A stretch of DNA of 11,660 bases from an uncultured Myxococcales bacterium (GTDB lineage: Bacteria > Myxococcota > UBA4151). Position numbers and translations under genes: made by a program. Under the pieces are notes generated by a model that was not told the origin of the DNA, searched no databases, and saw nothing but the letters and a program-made list of their open reading frames with translations. The stretch lies in the NCBI GenBank assembly GCA_964013405.1, contig CAXGWI010000110.1:1-11660 (forward strand). The letters are read 5' to 3'. Of this stretch, positions 5,955 through 11,660 are shown piece by piece (position 1 is the stretch's first letter; each line of letters begins with the position of its first letter).

Positions 5955-6911
5955 TCAGGCTTGTTCCGTGACACCCAGAGCCCGGAAACGGCGGATCCTC
6001 TGATCCACCAAGGCTGCAGGTTCCAAGTCCGATAACTCGTCCAAAGCGGCAGCCACTGTCGCAGCCAACGCATCAGCCGCGGCCCGATGGTCCCGATGAG
6101 CGCCCCCGCGCGGCTCATCGATGATCCCGTCAATGACGCCGAGCTTGTGGAGATCCTTCGCGGTCAAACGCAGCGCCTCTGCAGCATCTTGGCCCCGGCC
6201 CTGCTCGCGAAAGAGGATCGCACTGGCAGCCTCTGGGCTGATGACCGAGTAGACGGAGTTGCTCAGCATGAAGACCTTATTGCCTACACCGATGGCCAGC
6301 GCCCCACCAGAGCCGCCTTCACCGGTCACAACACAGATGACCGGGACCTCAAGACTCATCATCGCCTCAAGGTTGTAGGCGATGGCCTCGGCCTGACCCC
6401 GCTCTTCGGCATCGAGCCCCGGATAGGCTCCGGGCGTGTCGATCAGGCACACGATCGGCAATTTGAAGCGTTCAGCCACCCGCATAATCCGCAAGGCCTT
6501 ACGATAGCCTTCCGGTCGCGGCATGCCGAAATTCCGGCGCATATTTTCGTGGGTATTGCGACCTTTTTGGGTGCCGACCAGCATCACGTTGCGGCCCCCC
6601 AAACGAGCCAAACCACCGATGATGGCTGCATCATCGGCAAAATGACGATCGCCATGGAGTTCCAAAAATCCCTCGAAGGCCAAGTCCGCGTAATCAAGGG
6701 TGTAGGGGCGCTGGGGGTGTCGGCTCAACTGGACCCGCTGCCACCGGCCTAAGTCGGCGTTGAGACGATCCTCAAGATGCTCTTGGACCTCTTCGAGCCG
6801 AGGGATCACAGCGGCAACATCTTCGTCCTGCGCCGCGATCGGACCTAAGTCAGCGATACGGTCAGCCAACTCGACCGCGGGTTTTTCGAACGGCAGAACA
6901 TGGCGTTTCAT
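5955..6911 (-). CDS. accA: Acetyl-CoA carboxylase carboxyltransferase subunit alpha (318 aa)
   Basis: Motifs LPFEKP, WQRVQLSRHPQRP, ELHGDRHFADD, RNFGMPRPEGYRKALR, IDTPGAYPG, AEERGQAEAIA, GEGGSGGALAIG, YSVISPE and EPRGGAHRD. Start ATG 6911 overlaps the cmk stop (ATGA) and has GGAGG upstream. Confidence 0.97.
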   Translation of the reverse strand: MKRHVLPFEKPAVELADRIADLGPIAAQDEDVAAVIPRLEEVQEHLEDRLNADLGRWQRVQLSRHPQRPYTLDYADLAFEGFLELHGDRHFADDAAIIGGLARLGGRNVMLVGTQKGRNTHENMRRNFGMPRPEGYRKALRIMRVAERFKLPIVCLIDTPGAYPGLDAEERGQAEAIAYNLEAMMSLEVPVICVVTGEGGSGGALAIGVGNKVFMLSNSVYSVISPEAASAILFREQGRGQDAAEALRLTAKDLHKLGVIDGIIDEPRGGAHRDHRAAADALAATVAAALDELSDLEPAALVDQRIRRFRALGVTEQA

Positions 6912-7576
6912 CGGCTTTGTTCCTCCCGGGCCCACCTGACGATACGATGGACAACCTGGTCAATGGTCAATCCATCCGTGACCAGCTCCCGAGCATCCGA
7001 AGCCCGGACCAGCGGCGCCTCAGCCCGGCTGCTGTCTCGGGTATCTCGGGCGATAATTTGTTCCAGTAATTCAGCGACAGGGTGGTGTTCACCCTGGGCC
7101 TTGAGCTGCTCATGGCGCCGCCGGGCCCGCTCTTCCGGGCTGGCCGTTAAAAAGACTTTGAGGTCCGCATCCGGAAAGACAACGGTACCGATATCCCGCC
7201 CCTCAAGAACGGCTCCCGGCGCCTGGCGCCCCAGTCGGCGCTGCTCCTCAAGGATGGCCGCACGCACGCTCGGAAGCGCACTGGAGATGGATGCAAATGC
7301 ACTGATCTCCGGCGCCCGGATGGCCTGACTCACGTCCTCATCACCGAGATGAACTCGGTCGCCTTCGAGATGGATGTCGACGCGACGAGCCACCGCCCCC
7401 ATCCCCGCCTCATCGTCGGGCGCGAGGCCGGCCCGCTGTCCAGCCAGCGCAATACAGCGGTACAGAGCGCCGGTGTTGACCTTCACGAAGCCGAGGGCTT
7501 CGGCCACCTGATCACTGACCGTCGATTTACCGCTGCCGGCGGGACCATCGACGGCAACGACGAAGCCCGTACTCAC
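6908..7576 (-). CDS. cmk: Cytidylate kinase (222 aa)
   Basis: P-loop VAVDGPAGSGKST, TGALYR, VLEGRDIGTVVFPDADLKVFLTASPEERARRR and RDTRDSSRAEAPL. The GTG start overlaps the hisC stop (GTGA). Confidence 0.97.
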   Translation of the reverse strand: MSTGFVVAVDGPAGSGKSTVSDQVAEALGFVKVNTGALYRCIALAGQRAGLAPDDEAGMGAVARRVDIHLEGDRVHLGDEDVSQAIRAPEISAFASISSALPSVRAAILEEQRRLGRQAPGAVLEGRDIGTVVFPDADLKVFLTASPEERARRRHEQLKAQGEHHPVAELLEQIIARDTRDSSRAEAPLVRASDARELVTDGLTIDQVVHRIVRWAREEQSR

Positions 7577-8691
7577 CCCAGAATGTTGTCACAGGCAGCC
7601 CATAGCCGCTTGTGATTATCCTCGGTTCCGATGTTGATTCTCGCACAGTTCGGCAAACCATAACCCGTCATGGGCCGGAGGATGACCCCTGCCTCGAGAA
7701 AGCGGGGAAACAGGGGATCAAAAGGCTGCCCAAAATCACCCAAGACGAAGTTTGTCTGGGAGTCCCAGGTCTTGACACCGTAACCCTGTAATCCGGCTCT
7801 GAGCTCCGGTAGCTGGGCTTCGACCAGCCCGCGAGACTGAATCAAGAACGCCTCATCTTCGAGGGCGCCAACGGCCGCTGCCTGAGCCAGTGCATTGCAA
7901 TTGAAGGGGGCTCGAGCCTTGTTGAGCAAACCCACCATGTCCCGATCACCAATGCCGTAACCCACCCTAATCCCCGCCAGACCATAGGCCTTGGAAAAGG
8001 TTCGCATGGTCATGGTCCGAGGTCGACCGAGCGCCAAGGAAATTCCATCGGCCTGATCCCCGGCCCGCACGAACTCTTTGTAGGCCTCATCGAGAATAAA
8101 GACGACGTCCTCGGGAATCCGCTGAATGAATTCAGCCATCCAATCAGCGCCAACCCAACTCCCGGTGGGATTGTTGGGGTTGGCAAGAAACACCATCTTG
8201 ATCTTGGGATCCGACTCCAGGGCCTCAATCATGGCGTCGACGCCATAGGAGAAGTCTGGGTCCATCGGCACATGGACGACCTCTCGGCCATTGGAGCGGC
8301 AGCAGAGCTCGTAAATGATGAATGTCGGGGTCCAAACCGCGATCTTCTCGTCGGGCTGAAGCATCGACTTCATCAGTAACTCGATGACCTCGTTGGTGCC
8401 ATTGGCCGGCAACAGGTTGTCAAAGGTCACGCCGTAGGCCGAGTACCGACGGCAGAGGGCCTCTTTAAGATAATAGGCAGAACCGTCTGGGTATAGATTC
8501 AGTTTGGGCAGGGCCGCTTGGATCGCAGCGACAGCCTTCGGGGATGGCCCAAGGACGTTCTCATTGCTCGCTAGTTTCGCGATTTGCTGCTCGGCCAGCC
8601 CGAACTCGCGGGCGGTCTCCTCAATGGGCTTCCCCGGCGGATAGATCGGTAGACTTTCATACCATGGGGGTCCGAGACGACGTCCGTTCAT
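7573..8691 (-). CDS. hisC: Histidinol-phosphate aminotransferase (class I/II PLP aminotransferase, 372 aa)
   Basis: Motifs YPPGKP, KLASNEN, YPDG, NGTNEVI, FLANPNNPTG, LDEAY and RTFSKAYGLAGIRVGY (PLP lysine). SD GGAGG upstream. hisC near cmk is a common proteobacterial arrangement. Confidence 0.92.
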   Translation of the reverse strand: MNGRRLGPPWYESLPIYPPGKPIEETAREFGLAEQQIAKLASNENVLGPSPKAVAAIQAALPKLNLYPDGSAYYLKEALCRRYSAYGVTFDNLLPANGTNEVIELLMKSMLQPDEKIAVWTPTFIIYELCCRSNGREVVHVPMDPDFSYGVDAMIEALESDPKIKMVFLANPNNPTGSWVGADWMAEFIQRIPEDVVFILDEAYKEFVRAGDQADGISLALGRPRTMTMRTFSKAYGLAGIRVGYGIGDRDMVGLLNKARAPFNCNALAQAAAVGALEDEAFLIQSRGLVEAQLPELRAGLQGYGVKTWDSQTNFVLGDFGQPFDPLFPRFLEAGVILRPMTGYGLPNCARINIGTEDNHKRLWAACDNILG

Positions 8692-8743
8692 CTGTCCTCC
8701 CTTTCAGCAGCGGGCGCCCCCTAACAGAGTTTGTCCCCGGCCT

Positions 8744-9499
8744 CTACCTCGAGCCGCTGTTTGATTGGCGAAGCTTCTTGAGTCGTTGTTCAAATCGCTT
8801 GATCAGCGCCGGGCTATTGCTCTGTTTAAAGCTCTTTTGCTGCTCCGAAGCGATCAATTGAGCCAATGGCTTTGCGGCCATCCCGTCCCCCGCAGCCGCC
8901 AAGGTCTCCACGGCCACTTCTCGTACCTTCGCATAGGGCGACCGCAGCCACGGAATCACCGTACTCGCGACCTCTGCTCGGCGTGGGTCCTCAGGTCCGG
9001 CCTGGTGGAGCGCCGCACCCAAGCCGTAAGCCAGCCAGACGCAGACCTCCTGGTCGGGGGCTGCGATCCCCTCAGCTAAACACAGCTGCTGCAGCGCTCG
9101 AAACCGAGCGAGGAGCGTCGGCACCACGACCACATCTCCTGTGGTCGCTAGGGTCTCGATGGTGCGGGCTCTGAGTTTCAGGTCACCATCGTTTAACAAA
9201 GGCTTCAGCAAGGTCACGAGCTTGGCGGGGCTGAAACAGCGCTGGGTCTGCAGCAAGGCCAGCAGCACTTCGTGGCGGGCCGGATCACTGCTCCCTCGCA
9301 TGACCTTATGCCGAAGCCGCCCGAGGGCCTTCAGCAGTCGGGGGTCATCATAAAAGTCATGGCGTAGGCCCCCACGGCAGGCCCCAGCCAGTTGCTCTAG
9401 ACCGGCTTTCTGCTGACTTGCGTCCGGCCGCAAGAACCCCCGAATCGCCTCTTGGGGCGTGGTGGGTCCCGCCAACAGGAGTAGCAGCAGTCCCGGCAT
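8744..9499 (-). CDS. HEAT-repeat-like hypothetical protein (251 aa) with short hydrophobic N-terminus
   Basis: HEAT/PBS-lyase-like units LLKPLLNDGDLKLRARTIETLATTG and VIPWLRSPYAKVREVAVETLAAAGD. N-terminus MPGLLLLLLAG. The start overlaps the upstream stop (TAATG at 9497-9501). Confidence 0.7.
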   Translation of the reverse strand: MPGLLLLLLAGPTTPQEAIRGFLRPDASQQKAGLEQLAGACRGGLRHDFYDDPRLLKALGRLRHKVMRGSSDPARHEVLLALLQTQRCFSPAKLVTLLKPLLNDGDLKLRARTIETLATTGDVVVVPTLLARFRALQQLCLAEGIAAPDQEVCVWLAYGLGAALHQAGPEDPRRAEVASTVIPWLRSPYAKVREVAVETLAAAGDGMAAKPLAQLIASEQQKSFKQSNSPALIKRFEQRLKKLRQSNSGSR

Positions 9500-10560
9500 T
9501 AGATCTCGTCGAACATGAAGGGGGCGACCGCGTCGATTCGGTCCTGGAAGCCGTCAGGGTAAAGGAACCACAGGGTCGCGGCCAACGAACTCAGAAGGCT
9601 GTTGCCATCTTGGGGGGTGAAGCAGAATCCGGCCAACTCTTGATCGTTCCTCAGGTGCAGTGTGGACTCCGCAACCACCGTCTGATTCAAAATGCGACCG
9701 AAGAAACCGTGATCCCGGCCAAAGCTAAACACCGAGTTGGCGCTTTTACGCTCGGTCATGGCGACCCATTGGTTCTGCCGCAGTCGATCTTTGATCTCGT
9801 CGAGGCTGAAGGGACGAGCGAGTTGTAGGTTGAAGTGCATGGCGTGCATGTACTGGGTGTTCAACTTCATGGCCGAGCTAAAGAGCTTGGCGTCGTGTCC
9901 CAGGGTATTGAGGAGGTGCCAGGCATCTCGGGCATGGTGGGTACCGAAGGCTCCGTCTTTGTGACTCCCAACCTCGGGGCTGGGCAGAAAACTGCCGTCC
10001 TGACTGATGTCATTCGCCCGGCGCAAGAGAAGGAAACGACCATCAACGAGATCAATCCCCCCTTTTTTGTTCTCGGTAATCGTCGTCACGATCCGGCTCA
10101 GGTTGTGGGTGTTGCAACTCACCACATGGATGTAGCGGTCCTTCCCTGGCACCAGGGATTCATCATTAATGCCCCGAGCGTACATCTTGCCAAAACCAAA
10201 CTCACTGCCCTGGGCGACAAAGCCTTTCGGGCCATCGAGATGCTTGTAGTACCGCTCTTTGTTGGCATTGCCCGCCGGGGTGCAGTCGATAACGACATTG
10301 GCCCGTTCCAGAGCCTCGGCGTGGGTCATGCTGACATGATGACCAAGGGCCTCAAAATCAGAACGGACATCGGGATCGGTCGACAGGAGGGCTCCCCGAC
10401 GAATACAGGCTTCAACCTTGGCCCGCTCCCGCCGGATCGGGGTCCGCTTATGAAAGGTGACTTCATCGATACCGAAAGCCTCCTTGAAGTGACAGAGGAG
10501 CCCGAGCAGGGGCTCTCCGATGGTTCCGGTGCCGACGACGTGAACGATCTTCTTGGTCAT
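9499..10560 (-). CDS. Divergent archaeal-type (class II) glyceraldehyde-3-phosphate dehydrogenase-like NAD(P)-dependent oxidoreductase (353 aa); substrate unproven
   Basis: Colinear motifs GTGTIG, HKRTP, VIDCTP, QGSE, VVSCNTH (Cys149), RRAND, GTHHARD and TQYMHA (His239) match the archaeal GAPDH order GYGTIG, KTxP, DCTP/DATP, QGGE, VVSCNTT, RRAAD, PSHHGPD and TTLMH. It lacks the class I hallmarks GFGRIGR and ASCTTNCL. Confidence 0.75.
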   Translation of the reverse strand: MTKKIVHVVGTGTIGEPLLGLLCHFKEAFGIDEVTFHKRTPIRRERAKVEACIRRGALLSTDPDVRSDFEALGHHVSMTHAEALERANVVIDCTPAGNANKERYYKHLDGPKGFVAQGSEFGFGKMYARGINDESLVPGKDRYIHVVSCNTHNLSRIVTTITENKKGGIDLVDGRFLLLRRANDISQDGSFLPSPEVGSHKDGAFGTHHARDAWHLLNTLGHDAKLFSSAMKLNTQYMHAMHFNLQLARPFSLDEIKDRLRQNQWVAMTERKSANSVFSFGRDHGFFGRILNQTVVAESTLHLRNDQELAGFCFTPQDGNSLLSSLAATLWFLYPDGFQDRIDAVAPFMFDEI

Positions 10561-10631
10561 TGGATCCCATCCCTTTTACGCCCTTTGGGCGGGCGCTCCA
10601 TGCTCACGGTGGACCCGTAGGGTCAAGGCCA

Positions 10632-10647
10632 ACAGAAAGCTTTCTGT
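10632..10647. promoter_or_regulatory. Perfect 16-bp palindrome ACAGAAAGCTTTCTGT in a divergent promoter region; candidate operator
   Basis: The sequence equals its own reverse complement and has no loop. It is AT-rich in a GC-rich context and lies near the middle of the 165-bp spacer, 5 nt upstream of a minus-strand TTGACC (10626-10621). Confidence 0.5.
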
Positions 10648-10725
10648 CGCAAACAAGAGCTCTGCACCGGGAATTTGCCCTCGGCGCTGGCTCACGCGAG
10701 CATAACGCGGACGCGAGGTAGCCCT

Positions 10726-11660
10726 GTGAACGACCGACTTTTCGCCGGCAAATACCATCTGAAGCGCCGGCTTGGTCTTGGCGGCATGGCAGAGGTGTGG
10801 CTGGCCGATCTCCAGGGCCCCCAGGGCTTTCAGAGAGAATTGGTCATCAAGCGGATCCTTCCTCACCTCGCCGATGACGAGAACTTTCTGACGATGTTCG
10901 AGGACGAGGCCCGCCTGGCAGCCCAACTCAACCACCCCCATGCAGTGCGGGTCGAGGAACTCGGCAAGGAAGACGGCACCTGGTACCTCGCCATGGAGTA
11001 TCTCGATGGGGCCGACCTCAGGGACTTAGCCCGACGGGCCCGTGGCCTGCGTCAACCCATCCCCCTTGAAGTCATCCTACAAATCGGCGCCGACGTTGCC
11101 TCCGCACTCCATTACGCCCATACGCTCTCAGATCAACAGGGCCGGCCCCTCAACCTGATCCACCGGGATGTGAGCCCCCACAATGTGATCGTGACGCGTA
11201 ATGGCCATGCCAAGCTGGTCGACTTCGGGATCGCTCGGGCCGAATCCAATCAGGTCAAGACCCGAACCGGAATGGTCAAAGGCAAGAGTGGTTATATGAG
11301 CCCAGAACAGGCCTTAGGACGAGACCTTGATGGGCGCAGCGATCAGTTCGCATTGGGGATCGTCCTCTACGAACTCCTCCTGAGAGCGAGGCTCTTTCGT
11401 GGCGATTCGGACATGGCGGTGATGCGTAAGGTCGTAGCCTGCAATATCCCGCCTCTTTTGAGCATCGCTCCAGACATTCCAGAGTCGGTCCAAAAGGTCA
11501 TTAACAAGACGCTGCAAAGGGCCCCTGAGGATCGCTATCCTGATGGGAACGCCTTATCCGAAGCCTTGCTTTCCTGCCTCCACGATCTCGGGCTCCGCGG
11601 AGGGCACGGCAAAGTGGGCACATGGGTGCAAGACATGCTCAAGTCCTCCGTTGTCCTGCC
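10726..11660 (+). CDS. Hanks-type serine/threonine protein kinase, 3'-truncated by the window edge
   Basis: Manual translation from GTG 10726 (GAGGT upstream): MNDRLFAGKYHLKRRLGLGGMAEVW...LVIKRILPHL...FEDEARLAAQLNHP...LAMEYLDG...IHRDVSPHNVIV...KLVDFGIARA...GMVKGKSGYMSPEQ...SDQFALGIVLYELL...PEDRYP. The frame is open to the end of the window. Confidence 0.97.
   Translation, partial: MNDRLFAGKYHLKRRLGLGGMAEVWLADLQGPQGFQRELVIKRILPHLADDENFLTMFEDEARLAAQLNHPHAVRVEELGKEDGTWYLAMEYLDGADLRDLARRARGLRQPIPLEVILQIGADVASALHYAHTLSDQQGRPLNLIHRDVSPHNVIVTRNGHAKLVDFGIARAESNQVKTRTGMVKGKSGYMSPEQALGRDLDGRSDQFALGIVLYELLLRARLFRGDSDMAVMRKVVACNIPPLLSIAPDIPESVQKVINKTLQRAPEDRYPDGNALSEALLSCLHDLGLRGGHGKVGTWVQDMLKSSVVL

Noticed and set aside
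7458..7487. Cmk motif VNTGALYR instead of the usual [L/I]D[T/S]GAxYR
   Set aside because: Single conservative D-to-N change of a kind I recall in other Cmk proteins. All other motifs are intact.
6087..7615. Plus-strand ORFs 6087..6752, 6900..7328 and 7349..7615
   Set aside because: Antisense shadows of accA and cmk.
9499..10560. Assigning the symbol gap, asd or argC
   Set aside because: Class I GAPDH, Asd and ArgC signatures are absent, and the class II-like active site is altered, so the substrate cannot be assigned from sequence.
10675..10706. TTGCCC...CATAAC as the kinase sigma70 promoter
   Set aside because: The spacer is 20 nt, outside the normal 16-18 range.
9835..11517. ORFs 9835..10620 (+), 10576..10941 (-) and 11314..11517 (-)
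   Set aside because: Antisense to the dehydrogenase or the kinase, with no independent coding evidence.

Overview
Core-genome-like segment of a GC-rich bacterium, most likely Myxococcota/deltaproteobacterial. This is inferred from a myxococcal-type Cys-rich repeat lipoprotein, a DAG-repeat lipoprotein and an HRDVSPxN Ser/Thr kinase. Left to right the window holds: pnp (minus, runs off the left edge, absent from the ORF track); a highly structured rpsO-pnp spacer; rpsO; a 12-repeat CGDG/CDDGN lipoprotein (minus); a divergent lipoprotein with YD-like beta-hairpins behind a candidate sigma54 promoter; a minus-strand, largely translationally coupled cluster [archaeal-type (class II) GAPDH-like dehydrogenase - HEAT-repeat protein - hisC - cmk - accA]; and a divergent Ser/Thr kinase running off the right edge (also absent from the ORF track). 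The most notable items are the divergent archaeal-type GAPDH homologue heading a housekeeping operon and a pnp leader with mutually exclusive helices that can occlude the pnp Shine-Dalgarno. Also notable are a candidate S15 autoregulatory hairpin, a non-canonical RRQHGHG motif in PNPase and a perfect 16-bp palindrome between the dehydrogenase and the kinase. No mobile elements, CRISPR arrays, rRNA or tRNA were seen.
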